DNA of 64,000 nucleotides from Lentisphaeria bacterium (GCA_017541665.1 JAFXYP010000086.1:29784-93783); one strand, 5' to 3'. Positions 17,678 through 27,810 are shown, numbered from the stretch's first letter. Notes: a model not told the origin generated them from the letters alone. Translations and numbers: made by a program.

Positions 17678-18661
17678 ATGTTCACGTTTTTCCGCCTTTC
17701 CATGAACGCCTGCCGGGAATGCCTGCGCGAACCGGTGTACTACCTGATGCTGGTGGCGGCGCTCATCATGATCGGGCTCTTCCCGTATTTTGCGATGTTC
17801 GTGTTCCGCCAGCAGATCCGCCTGGTCTGCGACAGCTCCATGGCCACGACCCTGCTGTTCGGGCTGTTCGCGGCGGTGCTGTGCTCCGCACGCACGATCA
17901 GCCGTGAGATGAAGAACGGCACGGTCCTGCTGCTGATGTCGAAGCCTGTGTCGCGTTTCGCCTTCGTGATCTCCAAGGTCGGCGGCATCCTGGCCTCGCT
18001 CACGATTTTCGTCCTCGTCTGCAACTCCGCCACCTGGCTCTCCATCCTCATTGCAAAGGATCAATTCCGTCCGAGCACCCCGCTGCTGATCTGCTATTTC
18101 GGCGCGATCTGCCTGGCGGCGCTGTTCGGCGGCATCCGCAACTTCATCTCGCAGAAGTCCTTTTCATCCGGCGCGGTCGTCGCGATGGCAGTACTCTTCC
18201 CGGTCATTTCGCTGATCGCGCAGATCATTCGCAGCAGGACGATGTCCGATGTCATGAAGGCCGATCCCGAGAGCTTCATCGATCCGGGCGTGCTGCTTCC
18301 GGCCCTTTGCATGCTGTTCTTCGCCGTCTGGATCATGGGCGTCATCAGCTCGGCGCTGGCGACCCGGATGGAGATCGTGGGCAACCTGATGGTCTGCCTG
18401 ATCCTCTTCCTGATCGGGATGGTGCTGCACTATTTCGCCGCGGCGGCGTTCGGGACGGGTTCCGTGATCGCGCTGCTCTGCACGTCGCTGGTGCCGAACT
18501 GGCAGCTTTTCTGGATGGCCGACGCCTTGTCGAACCGCGTCGTCATCCCGGTGTCGTATTTCGCCTGGACGCTGGTCTACTCCGTCCTGTACGCAGCCGC
18601 CTGGACCGGATGGGCATTCTTCCTGTTCCAGGACAGCGAACTCGCCCGCGACACACGCTGA
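17678..18661 (+). CDS. ABC-2-type transporter permease-like membrane protein
   Basis: Polytopic (6 or more hydrophobic helices) with the EMKNGTVLLLMSKPVSR motif typical of NosY/ABC-2 permeases. It directly precedes the ABC ATPase. Confidence 0.6.
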   Translation: MFTFFRLSMNACRECLREPVYYLMLVAALIMIGLFPYFAMFVFRQQIRLVCDSSMATTLLFGLFAAVLCSARTISREMKNGTVLLLMSKPVSRFAFVISKVGGILASLTIFVLVCNSATWLSILIAKDQFRPSTPLLICYFGAICLAALFGGIRNFISQKSFSSGAVVAMAVLFPVISLIAQIIRSRTMSDVMKADPESFIDPGVLLPALCMLFFAVWIMGVISSALATRMEIVGNLMVCLILFLIGMVLHYFAAAAFGTGSVIALLCTSLVPNWQLFWMADALSNRVVIPVSYFAWTLVYSVLYAAAWTGWAFFLFQDSELARDTR

Positions 18662-18685
18662 CCGCAGAGGGGAGCATGTCCTGAC

Positions 18686-19417
18686 ATGATGATCGAAGCG
18701 GAACATCTCTTCAAACGCTACGGCACCCGGCTCGTGGTCAACGACCTGTCGCTCCGCGTGAACGTCGGCGACGTGCTGGGGTTCATCGGACCGAACGGCG
18801 CAGGCAAGACCACGACCATGAAGATGATCAGCGGCGTCATGCCGCCCTATGCGGGCAAGGTCCGCATCGACGGCATCGACATCGAGGCCGAACCGCGCCT
18901 CGCGAAATCGCGCATCGGATTCCTGCCGGAAAATGCCCCTCTCCACATGACCATGACCGTCCGGGATTTCCTCGCCTACACGGGCCGCCTGCACGGTTTC
19001 TCAGGACGCGAACTCGCACGCCGCGTCGACCGCGCCATCGAACGATGCGCCCTGAAGGAAGCCGCCGGACAGGAGATCGAATCGCTTTCCAAAGGCTACA
19101 AACGGCGCGTCTGCCTGGCGCAGTCCATCCTCCACGACCCGAAGGCGCTCATCATGGACGAACCGACCGACGGGCTCGACCCGAACCAGAAGCGCCAGAT
19201 CCGCGAGCTGATCCTCTCGCTGAAGGAGGAGACCGCCGTCATCATTTCCACGCACATTCTGGAGGAAGTCGACGCCGTCTGCTCCCGCGTCTTCCTGCTC
19301 TGCAAAGGCAAAACGCGGTTCGACGGAACCACGGACGAATTCCGGGCGAAGGCCGATGCGCTCCACACGGACCTCGCCGGGCTTTTCTCCGCCATGACGG
19401 AAGGAGAACAGGCATGA
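18686..19417 (+). CDS. ABC transporter ATP-binding protein (GldA-like)
   Basis: Walker A GPNGAGKTT, signature LSKGYKRRV, Walker B LIMDEPTDGLD. Confidence 0.9.
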   Translation: MMIEAEHLFKRYGTRLVVNDLSLRVNVGDVLGFIGPNGAGKTTTMKMISGVMPPYAGKVRIDGIDIEAEPRLAKSRIGFLPENAPLHMTMTVRDFLAYTGRLHGFSGRELARRVDRAIERCALKEAAGQEIESLSKGYKRRVCLAQSILHDPKALIMDEPTDGLDPNQKRQIRELILSLKEETAVIISTHILEEVDAVCSRVFLLCKGKTRFDGTTDEFRAKADALHTDLAGLFSAMTEGEQA

Positions 19418-22026
19418 CAGCATCCCTCCGCCGCATTTTCGCCGTCGCCTCGCGCGAATTCTTCGCGAGCCTCGCATCGCCCGCCGCATGGGTCTTCCTC
19501 GTGATCTTCCTCGTGATGGCGAACGTCTGCACGTTCGTTTTCAGCGACATCCTCGCGCTCGGGCAGGCGGAGCTCAGCCCGTTCTTCAACTGGATGCCGT
19601 GGCTCTTCATGTTCCTGATGCCCGCGCTCGGCATGCCGCTCTGGGCGGAGGAACGCCGCACCGGCACGTTCGAGCTCACGCTGTCCTACCCGGTCTCGCT
19701 GTGGGAGCTCGTCTTCGGCAAATACCTCGCGGGCATGGCGCTCGTGGCGGCCGCGCTCGCCCTGACCCTGCCGGTCCCGGCCACGATCGCCGTGCTGGGG
19801 GAGCCGGACATCGGCGCGATCGTCTGCGGCTACGCCGGCGCCCTGCTCGTCGGCTCGGCGTTCCTGGCGGTTTCGAGCTTCTGCTCCGCGCTTTCGAAGA
19901 GCCAGACGGCAAGTTTCCTGCTCGCGCTCCTGCTGTGCGCGCTGCTGATGTTCACCGGCTGGGACCGCGTGACCGGCCTGCTGTACCAATGGCTGCCGGA
20001 AAGCGTCTGCCGCCTCGTCTCCTACTGCACCGTCGTGCCGCACTACCAGGCGTTCCAGCGCGGCCTCTTCGACACCTCCGAGCTCGTCTACAGCGTCCTC
20101 ATCACCCTGCTCTTCCTGTATTTCGCGCGGACCGTGCTGGCCTACGCGGCGGCAAACGGAGGCGGGCTCTTCCTGCCCGGCGCGCTCCGCGACCGTTACA
20201 CGTGGAAGAATGTCCTCTCCATGGCGCTGTCGTTCATCGCCGCCGTCTACGTCTTCATCTGCCTCGCCCTGACGGCGGAGGCATTTCGCATCCGCATCGA
20301 CTGCACCGCCGACCGGGCGTATTCGCTCTCGCCGGAAGCCCGCGCGCTGGCGCGTTCGCTGGAACGCCACACGACCGTGCGCCTGTACGTCTCGCCGCCC
20401 GGCGCGGACACACCGAAAGACCTGCTCGGCTACGCCGAACGCGTCAAATGGCTCCTGCGCGAATTCAGCAAGGAAGCCGGCGGCAAGGTCACGCTCGAGA
20501 TCATCTCGCCCGGCCCCGACACGCGCGAAGAGGAGGCCGCCATCATCGAAGGGCTTCAGCCCGCGAAGAATGCCGGCGGCGAACGGTTCTTCCTCGGCAT
20601 GACGGTCTCCGCCGGGCAGCTCTGCCTTGCCGCACCGTTCCTCTCCCCGAAAAATGAATCCATGCTCGAATACGAGCTCCTGCGGCGCATCCTGCACGTG
20701 CAGGACCCGAAACGCCCCGTCGTCGGCGTCATCAGCCCGTTCCCCGTTCTCGGGCGCGCCCCGTCGCCGCAGACGGGCAGTGCCGGCGCGGCGGCCTGGT
20801 ACCTCTTCACGGAGCTGAACAAGGACTACACGCTGAAGGAGGTCCCGACGGACATCGGGAAGATCCCGGACGAGCTCGACGCCCTGCTGGTGGTGCATCC
20901 ACACGACTTCGACCGGCGGACGCTTGAAGCCATCGACGCCTACCTCGTGAACGGCGGCCGCCTGGCGGTATTCGTGGATCCCCTTTCGGCCTATGCGCTC
21001 GCATCGGCGCAGAAGGATTATTCCTATGTCAACATGACCGACTCCACGCTGGAGCCGCTTCTGACGGCATGGGGCGTGTCGTATTCCCCCTCGCGCCTCG
21101 CCGCCGACATGAACTTCAAGTACGACCAGCTGGACAAGTCCGGCGTCCGCAGGACGATCCCGACCGCGCTGTGCATCACGGAGGCAGGCATCGGCCGCGG
21201 AAACCCGGTCACCGGCGGCCTGACGTCACTCCGCATGAACTACGCCGGATTCTTCTCCCTGCGGAACCCGCCGCCATCGCTCGCATTCGAACCACTGGTC
21301 TACACGACCGACTACTGCATGCCCGCCGACGTGGCGGACCAGCCGGAACAGATTCTGGCCGACTTCCCGCCGCCCGGGCAGGGATCCGGCGGAAAGCTTG
21401 ACCTGCTGATGCACATTACGGGGCAGTTCCCGAGCGCATACGGACGGAAGGACGCCGGGAAGCCCGGCGAAGTCTACCTCTTCGGCGACGCCGACATGCT
21501 GTTCCACGACGCCTGCGTGGCGCAGGCCAAGGACGAGTTCGGCCAGACTATCGTCGTACGCAGCAACGACAACATCACGCTCATGGAGAACGTGGTGGAG
21601 TCTCTCTGCGGCGGCGGACGCCTCTCCTCGTTGCGCAGCCGCATCCCCATGTCCCGCCCGCTCACACGCATCATCGAAAGCCAGATGCGCGCCGACCTCG
21701 CGTTCAAGGACCGCATCCTGGCGCTCGCCGAGGAATCCATACGCCTGGAACAGCGCGTGGAATCCATCCGCAAACAGCTCATCGTGAGCGGCGGCACGGC
21801 CCGGCTCACGCAGGAGCAGCGCGACCTGCTGAACACCTACGAACAGAAGGACGCCGCCCTCAAACGCGAAATCCGCGAAATCCGCCTCCAGCTGCGGCAG
21901 GATCTCGACCGCATCAACAATACGGTCCGCCTCATCAACATCTTCCTGATCCCCGCGTTCGTCGTCCTCTGCGGCATCGCCTGGAGCACGGCACGCAAAC
22001 TCAAATGGAAACGGCACATCTCATGA
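19414..22026 (+). CDS. fused ABC-2 permease (GldF-like) and auxiliary component (GldG-like)
   Basis: The ATG overlaps the ATPase stop (ATGA). The N-terminal ~240 aa are polytopic (WAEERRTGTFELTLSYP motif). The remainder is a large extracytoplasmic domain ending in a C-terminal TM helix, as in GldG. The ORF-track start at 19045 is rejected. Confidence 0.7.
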   Translation: MTASLRRIFAVASREFFASLASPAAWVFLVIFLVMANVCTFVFSDILALGQAELSPFFNWMPWLFMFLMPALGMPLWAEERRTGTFELTLSYPVSLWELVFGKYLAGMALVAAALALTLPVPATIAVLGEPDIGAIVCGYAGALLVGSAFLAVSSFCSALSKSQTASFLLALLLCALLMFTGWDRVTGLLYQWLPESVCRLVSYCTVVPHYQAFQRGLFDTSELVYSVLITLLFLYFARTVLAYAAANGGGLFLPGALRDRYTWKNVLSMALSFIAAVYVFICLALTAEAFRIRIDCTADRAYSLSPEARALARSLERHTTVRLYVSPPGADTPKDLLGYAERVKWLLREFSKEAGGKVTLEIISPGPDTREEEAAIIEGLQPAKNAGGERFFLGMTVSAGQLCLAAPFLSPKNESMLEYELLRRILHVQDPKRPVVGVISPFPVLGRAPSPQTGSAGAAAWYLFTELNKDYTLKEVPTDIGKIPDELDALLVVHPHDFDRRTLEAIDAYLVNGGRLAVFVDPLSAYALASAQKDYSYVNMTDSTLEPLLTAWGVSYSPSRLAADMNFKYDQLDKSGVRRTIPTALCITEAGIGRGNPVTGGLTSLRMNYAGFFSLRNPPPSLAFEPLVYTTDYCMPADVADQPEQILADFPPPGQGSGGKLDLLMHITGQFPSAYGRKDAGKPGEVYLFGDADMLFHDACVAQAKDEFGQTIVVRSNDNITLMENVVESLCGGGRLSSLRSRIPMSRPLTRIIESQMRADLAFKDRILALAEESIRLEQRVESIRKQLIVSGGTARLTQEQRDLLNTYEQKDAALKREIREIRLQLRQDLDRINNTVRLINIFLIPAFVVLCGIAWSTARKLKWKRHIS

Positions 22027-23234
22027 AAAAGCGCAGAGCCGTCATCATGCTTTTCCTCGCGGCCGTCACGGCGCTCGCCGTGGTGTCCGAACTCCGCCTT
22101 CGCCGCGAATCCGCATCCGCCTCGGCGGCCGCGCGCCTCACCATGCCCGAATTCCGCCCGGAGGACGTCCGCACGCTCGAAATCACCTGGCGCAACCAGA
22201 AGAGCACGCTGAACTTCATGGCGGACGGCGGTTACTGGGCAGTGAAGGAACGCGCCGGGGCGCAGGCGGCGTCCGCGCTGGTCGCCGACCTGCTGGAGGG
22301 ACTCGCGAAGGCCGCACCGCTGAAAGAACTTGAGATCTCCGGCCCGGACGACTTCAGGGACCTGAACCTGGTCTCGCCGGAGGAGATCGCCGCCCCGGGC
22401 GCAGCATCCGACCTGAAGAATTCCGAGGGCATCCTCGTCGTCCTCCGCGACGAAAAAGGCGACGAACTCCTGCGCCTCATGCTCGGACGCGGCCACACGC
22501 GCATCGCCGCCGACCGGATCGGCAACCTGGCAGTCCAGGGCTACGACGGCCGCTACATCCGCGTCTGGTATCCCGGCCACAAAAGCCGCGTCTTCCTCAT
22601 CTCACGCGTCTTTGAGAAATGCGTGCCGAACCCGCGCCAGTGGCTCGAGCCGCTCTTCCTGTCCAAACCGGAAAACCCGGTGTATGCCAGGTTCCAGCGC
22701 AAGCACCCCGGCGCGGAAACGCCCTCGGTCGTCTGGTTCGCAAACGCTGCAAAAGACGGATTCCAGCTGCTTTTCCCGCAAGGCGAACTCGATCTGGAGG
22801 CTTTCTCCCAGAAATTCTCCGCGCTTGCCGCGCCGTTCTCCGTCGACCTCGTGAACCTCCCGCCGGACGACCTGAAATTCAACGACATCTTCCAGACGGT
22901 CATGGGCGACGGATTCGCATATCTGCTGGAATTTGCCAGGGTAGAATCGATTTCCGAGGAGGCCGACGCCAACGTTTATGCCGGACGCATGACCATCTCG
23001 TTCGACCCGGAAAATGTCCGACGCCTCATCGGCGAACCGGATGATGCCTTCGAACGCCGGAAAAAACAGCTCGCCGCCCGCGCCGAGTACGAAAAACGCA
23101 CCGCAAACGGTCGCGTTTTCCTGCTGAAGACCGGGCTGCTGGAGCTTCTGGCGCAGATCCCGGCAAAAACACTGAAAACCGCCGCTCCGAGCCCTTCCGG
23201 ACCGCCTGCCGCCGACGCGGAAAAGAAAGAGTAA
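22023..23234 (+). CDS. DUF4340-like protein (partner of GldG-type systems)
   Basis: ATGA overlap with the upstream stop, an N-terminal TM anchor, and the position immediately after the GldG-like gene. The family call rests on synteny. Confidence 0.5.
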   Translation: MKKRRAVIMLFLAAVTALAVVSELRLRRESASASAAARLTMPEFRPEDVRTLEITWRNQKSTLNFMADGGYWAVKERAGAQAASALVADLLEGLAKAAPLKELEISGPDDFRDLNLVSPEEIAAPGAASDLKNSEGILVVLRDEKGDELLRLMLGRGHTRIAADRIGNLAVQGYDGRYIRVWYPGHKSRVFLISRVFEKCVPNPRQWLEPLFLSKPENPVYARFQRKHPGAETPSVVWFANAAKDGFQLLFPQGELDLEAFSQKFSALAAPFSVDLVNLPPDDLKFNDIFQTVMGDGFAYLLEFARVESISEEADANVYAGRMTISFDPENVRRLIGEPDDAFERRKKQLAARAEYEKRTANGRVFLLKTGLLELLAQIPAKTLKTAAPSPSGPPAADAEKKE

Positions 23235-23237
23235 GCC

Positions 23238-24722
23238 ATGCCGAAATATACGTTCCAGTCTTTTCTCGCCGCCTTCGCGCTGCTGGTTTCCGTCTCCGCG
23301 GCGGCGCAGACCGTAACGGATGTCCCGCTCCAGGACACCGCCGTCAAAACAAAGTCGACAGCCGCTGCGCAATCCGCCGCCGCTGCCGCCGCTTCGGACG
23401 CGGCAAAAAAGGTTCCGACCGCCGAGGAAATCGCCGCCGAACGCGCCCGGCTGGAACGCATGCGCGCCGCATTGGCCGCGGAACGCGCAGCACTGGAACA
23501 ATACAAGGCCGACCTCGTCCGCCGCCAGCAGGAGGCCGCCGCTGCATCCGCCAGGGCAAAGGAAGAGGCGGAAGCGAAGATCGCCGCGGAGATCAAGGCC
23601 GCGGGTTCCGCCGCATCCATCCCGCCCCCCGCAAAGGATGACCCGGTCTCCGCAAAGACTCTCTCTCCGGAAGAGCTTCAGCGGCAGCGCCAGCTGGCGA
23701 TCGAACGCGCCAGGGCGATCGAAAAGGCCGTCGCAACACAGAAGGCCGCCGACGCGAAGAAAAAGGCTGCCGCGGCAGCACAGACGACCACGCCGAAGGA
23801 CAAGGACGTCGCAACCATGAAGCTCCGCAGGATCACGCAGGACAAGGTCCGCTACGTGCATCTGCGGGACGTCGCCGTCAACTACGGCCTCACGTTCGCC
23901 TACACGAAAAAATCCAATAAGATCTCCGGCGCAGTCATCTACGACAAGACGCGCAAGGCCGTCCTCTCCGCCACCTACCGCGAAGGCACGGTCAACGGCG
24001 TTCAGGTCCATTTTCTTTATCCTATCCTAATAAAAAATAACGAGCCGTACATCTCCGAAGTCGATTTCCTGACCTGCCTCGACCCGCTCCTGCGTTACAA
24101 GACTGCGATCAAGCTCGGCATGAAAACCATCATGATCGACGCCGGACACGGCGGCTCCGACCCCGGCGCCATGAACGGCACGCACAAGGAAAAGGCCTAC
24201 ACACTCCAAATCGCGAAACGGCTTCAGACACAACTCGAAAAGCTCGGATTCCGCGTGATCATGACCCGCACCGGGGACACCTATCCGACGCTTCAGGACC
24301 GCGCCGCCCTGTGCAAAAAATACAAGCCGGACCTCTACATCTCCATCCACTGCAATTCCTCCACGAACAAGACCCCCTCCGGGATCGAGACCTACCGCGT
24401 GGTCCCCGTCGGCGGCACCGAGACCAAAGGCTCCAAGGTCAAGACGGAAAAACAATCCGCAAACGAGTTCGACGCGAACAACTCGCGCCTGGCTTACGAA
24501 ATGCAGAAGGGCATGCTCGCCGCGACCGGTGCGACGGACCGCGGCATCCGCCACCAGGCGATCTACGTGATCGCAAACGCCACCTGCCCCGCGGTCCTGC
24601 TCGAGGTCGGCTACCTCTCCAATGCCGCCGAACTCAAGAAAATCGCATCGCCGGAGTACCAGAACAAGATCGTCTCCGGCATCCTCGCCGGACTTGCCGG
24701 GTACGGATCGTTCCTCCGCTGA
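23238..24722 (+). CDS. N-acetylmuramoyl-L-alanine amidase (Amidase_3/AmiC type) with Ala-rich coiled-coil N-region
   Basis: Signal peptide. Catalytic region IMIDAGHGGSDPGA ... DLYISIHCNS ... AVLLEVGYLSN. Confidence 0.85.
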   Translation: MPKYTFQSFLAAFALLVSVSAAAQTVTDVPLQDTAVKTKSTAAAQSAAAAAASDAAKKVPTAEEIAAERARLERMRAALAAERAALEQYKADLVRRQQEAAAASARAKEEAEAKIAAEIKAAGSAASIPPPAKDDPVSAKTLSPEELQRQRQLAIERARAIEKAVATQKAADAKKKAAAAAQTTTPKDKDVATMKLRRITQDKVRYVHLRDVAVNYGLTFAYTKKSNKISGAVIYDKTRKAVLSATYREGTVNGVQVHFLYPILIKNNEPYISEVDFLTCLDPLLRYKTAIKLGMKTIMIDAGHGGSDPGAMNGTHKEKAYTLQIAKRLQTQLEKLGFRVIMTRTGDTYPTLQDRAALCKKYKPDLYISIHCNSSTNKTPSGIETYRVVPVGGTETKGSKVKTEKQSANEFDANNSRLAYEMQKGMLAATGATDRGIRHQAIYVIANATCPAVLLEVGYLSNAAELKKIASPEYQNKIVSGILAGLAGYGSFLR

Positions 24723-24841
24723 TGCCTTTTCCGTGGCGGACGCAACGCATGGACAGCGACTCAATTTTAGAAGCTCCTTCCGAATTGTTTCGACTTTAAT
24801 GCAGTTTTTCTAAAAAAAAAGAAAAAAAAAGATGAGCGGGT

Positions 24842-24870
24842 TTGAAAAAAGGGGGAACGGGATGTATAGT
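24842..24870 (+). promoter_or_regulatory. putative sigma70-type promoter of the rpmJ-rplQ operon
   Basis: TTGAAA, 17 nt, TATAGT. It is preceded by a long A-tract (UP-element-like) and lies about 150 nt upstream of rpmJ. Confidence 0.5.
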
Positions 24871-25017
24871 ATTGTCTCTTGTGTGTATCGCAGCAAATTG
24901 TGGTGATTGCTGCGCATTCCATTGCACAACCGCACGTATGACAGGCAGAACCGGAGCATGAACTCCGGGGCATACTGTCATGGATTCGAACAATACAAGA
25001 TAACTCGGAGTACGAAA

Positions 25018-25134
25018 ATGAAAGTCACTTCGTCCATCAAGCGCAGATGTGAAAACTGCCAGATCATCAAGCGCAAAGGCGTGGTCCGCGTGGTCTGCTC
25101 CCGCAACCCCCGCCACAAACAGAAACAAGGCTAA
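25018..25134 (+). CDS. rpmJ: 50S ribosomal protein L36
   Basis: 38 aa: [38 protein letters not shown]. Confidence 0.95.
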   Translation: MKVTSSIKRRCENCQIIKRKGVVRVVCSRNPRHKQKQG

Positions 25135-25152
25135 GCACGGAGACAACCCACC

Positions 25153-25596
25153 ATGCCCAGAATTTTAGGTGTAGACATCCCGATGAACAAGCGCGTGAAG
25201 TATGCGCTTCAGGCCATTTACGGCATCGGACCCGCGATCGCGGAAGAAATCATCGCCAAGGCGAACATCGACCCGAACCTGAAAGCGAGCCAGCTTTCCG
25301 ACGAAAACATTTCGGCGATCACCACCCTGCTTCAGAACGACTACACGGTCGAAGGCGACCTTCGCCGTGAGATCATGATCAACGTCCGCCGCCTCCAGGC
25401 GATCGGATGCTACCGCGGCCTCCGCCACAAGAAAGGTCTCCCGACCCGCGGCCAGCGTACGCGCACCAACGCCCGTACCCGCAAAGGCAAACGCGTTACC
25501 GTCGGCGCCATCCGCGACAAGACCCAGCGCCGCACCGCCGCCTCCGACAAGGCCGCGGCCCAGGCCGCTGACGCCGGCAAAGCCGCCAAGAAATGA
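25153..25596 (+). CDS. rpsM: 30S ribosomal protein S13 with Ala/Lys-rich C-terminal tail
   Basis: [15 protein letters not shown] ... [26 protein letters not shown]. Confidence 0.95.
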   Translation: MPRILGVDIPMNKRVKYALQAIYGIGPAIAEEIIAKANIDPNLKASQLSDENISAITTLLQNDYTVEGDLRREIMINVRRLQAIGCYRGLRHKKGLPTRGQRTRTNARTRKGKRVTVGAIRDKTQRRTAASDKAAAQAADAGKAAKK

Positions 25597-25644
25597 TCCG
25601 CCTGAGATCAGCAAACGAATCAACAAAAAGGTCATTGATCCATC

Positions 25645-26103
25645 ATGTCTGACGAAATCAAAGAAACCGCAGCTGCGCCTCAGGCTGCAGCCGAAGCCGA
25701 AGCTCCGGCCGCGGAGGCCGCCGCGGTCGACAACAAGCGCAAGAAAACCGGCCGTTACATCCCCAACGGCATTGCTTTCATCCATGCTACGTTCAACAAC
25801 ACGAAGGTGGCGTTCACCGACCTTCACGGCAACGTGATCGCGTGGTCCTCCTCCGGCAAGAACGGCTTCAAGGGCTCCCGCAAGAGCACCGCGTACGCCG
25901 CACAGGTCGTCGCCGCCGACGCCGCCAAGAAGGCCCAGGCCTTCGGCATGAAGGACGTCGAAGTCCGCATCAAAGGACCGGGCGCCGGCCGTGAATCCGC
26001 CGTCCGAGGCATCGCCTCCACCGGCATGGAAGTCAGCTGCATCAAGGACATTACTCCGGTCCCCCACAACGGCTGCCGTCCCCCGAAGCGCCGCCGCAAC
26101 TGA
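25645..26103 (+). CDS. rpsK: 30S ribosomal protein S11 with Ala/Glu-rich N-terminal extension
   Basis: [30 protein letters not shown] ... [12 protein letters not shown]. Confidence 0.95.
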   Translation: MSDEIKETAAAPQAAAEAEAPAAEAAAVDNKRKKTGRYIPNGIAFIHATFNNTKVAFTDLHGNVIAWSSSGKNGFKGSRKSTAYAAQVVAADAAKKAQAFGMKDVEVRIKGPGAGRESAVRGIASTGMEVSCIKDITPVPHNGCRPPKRRRN

Positions 26104-26201
26104 CGGTTCTTCCGTTATCCTGTCCGCACCGGTTTCCCGGCTGCCCAGTTTAACCCCGAACCGATAACCCAGTCAACTCTATTACAGGAGGTACTTCCTA
26201 T

Positions 26202-27230
26202 ATGGCTTCTGTACAAACATTCCCGATGCCGCACGGAATCGTCGTGGACGAAGAGACCGCGACGAGCACCTATGCCAAGTTCACCGCCTCTCCGTTCCAG
26301 AGCGGGTTCGGACACACCATCGGCAACGCTCTCCGCCGGGTGCTTCTCTCCTCGCTCGAGGGCGCCGCGATTTCCTCCGTCCGATTCGACGGCACGACGC
26401 ACGAGTTCTCCACGCTTCCGCACGTGATCGAAGACGTCACCGAGATCATTCTCAACCTGAAGAAGGTCAAGCTCAATCTGAACTCCGACCAGGTCAAGAA
26501 GCTCGAAATCCGCAAGAAAAAAGCCGGCCCGGTCACCGCCGCCGACATCATCACGGAAGGCACCGTCGAGATCCTCAATCCCGACCAGGTCATCTGCACC
26601 CTCGACAAGGATTTCCCGTTCCACTGCGAACTTGAGGTCTCCAAAGGCCGCGGCTGGCAGCCCGCCGAAGGCAACAAGCGCCCCGACCAACCCCTCGGGA
26701 CCATTGCGATCGACTGCCTCTTCAGCCCGATCACCTACGTCCGTTATCAGGTCAGCGCCACCCGCGTCGGCGACAGGACCGATATGGACAGCCTCACCAT
26801 CGAGATTCACACAGACGGCCGCATCACGCCCACCGACGCCCTGGAAAAGGCCGCGAGGATCCTCAAGGACCATCTCCGTCCCTTCCTCGGCAGCCATGCC
26901 GCCGATTCCGACATCTACAATCCCATCTCCGAAGAGGACATGAAGCGCTTCAAGCTCCTTACGCAGGACGTCGAAGTCCTCGAGCTCAGCGTCCGCGCGC
27001 AGAACTGCCTGAACAACGCGGACATCAAGCTCCTCGGCGAACTCTGCCTGAAGACGGAATCCAAGATGCTCAAGTACCGCAACTTCGGCAAGAAGTCCCT
27101 CGACGAAATCAAGGAAAAGCTTGCCACGTTGAACCTCTCCCTCGGAATGACCCTCTCCGAAGAACTCGAAACCGCCATTCTCGCCGAGGCCGAACGCGCC
27201 AAGGCTGTGAAGACCAAAGCGGGAGACTAA
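26202..27230 (+). CDS. rpoA: DNA-directed RNA polymerase subunit alpha
   Basis: N-terminal domain GFGHTIGNALRRVLLSSLEGAAI and C-terminal domain LELSVRAQNCLNNADIKLLGEL. Confidence 0.95.
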   Translation: MASVQTFPMPHGIVVDEETATSTYAKFTASPFQSGFGHTIGNALRRVLLSSLEGAAISSVRFDGTTHEFSTLPHVIEDVTEIILNLKKVKLNLNSDQVKKLEIRKKKAGPVTAADIITEGTVEILNPDQVICTLDKDFPFHCELEVSKGRGWQPAEGNKRPDQPLGTIAIDCLFSPITYVRYQVSATRVGDRTDMDSLTIEIHTDGRITPTDALEKAARILKDHLRPFLGSHAADSDIYNPISEEDMKRFKLLTQDVEVLELSVRAQNCLNNADIKLLGELCLKTESKMLKYRNFGKKSLDEIKEKLATLNLSLGMTLSEELETAILAEAERAKAVKTKAGD

Positions 27231-27234
27231 TATC

Positions 27235-27681
27235 ATGCGTCACCTCGTACATACTGCAAAACTCAACCGCAACTGCGGCCATCGCAAGGCCATGCTTGTC
27301 AACCTCGCATGCAGCCTGATCGAACACGAATCCATCCAGACCACCACGATCCGCGCGAAGGAACTCCGCCGCTTCGTGGAACGTCTCATCACCATGGCCA
27401 AGGCCGGCGGCGACCACAAGCGCCGTCTCGCCTACGCCAAGCTGAAAATCAACACCCCGTCCGAATTCGCCCAGACCAAGAAGCTCGTCCTCGCGAAGCT
27501 CTTCGACGAACTCGGACCGCGCTTCGCGGACCGTCCCGGCGGATACACCCGTATCATCCACATGCCGGCCCGCAGAGGCGACTCCGCCCCCATGTGCCTG
27601 ATCCAGCTCCTCAACGAGCCCGTCAAGGCCAAGGCGAAGAAGGAAGAGGCCCCCAAGGCCGAGGAAGCCAAGGCCGAGTAA
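27235..27681 (+). CDS. rplQ: 50S ribosomal protein L17
   Basis: MRHLVHTAKLNRNCGHRKAMLVNLACSLIEHESIQTT ... GGYTRI. Confidence 0.95.
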   Translation: MRHLVHTAKLNRNCGHRKAMLVNLACSLIEHESIQTTTIRAKELRRFVERLITMAKAGGDHKRRLAYAKLKINTPSEFAQTKKLVLAKLFDELGPRFADRPGGYTRIIHMPARRGDSAPMCLIQLLNEPVKAKAKKEEAPKAEEAKAE

Positions 27682-27781
27682 GCCTTTTGCTCAGCCTGTC
27701 CCGGTCGGGCAATCCCTGTCTGCTTTGCAGCGACGGACGATCTGCCCGCCGGACAGCAAGCCTTCCCTTTTAGGGGTTCAT

Positions 27782-27810
27782 GCCCTCCCGTCAAACGGAG
27801 GGCGTTTTTT
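27782..27810 (+). terminator. rho-independent terminator of the rpoA operon
   Basis: GCCCTCCCG-TCAAA-CGGAGGGC followed by TTTTTT. Confidence 0.75.

Noticed and set aside
16439-18064. 541-codon minus-strand ORF, together with similar antisense ORFs at 19096-20904, 22602-24011, 36015-38261, 38304-40628 and 42454-43788
   Set aside because: All are antisense to genes with clear motifs and have Arg/Gly/Asp-rich low-information translations.
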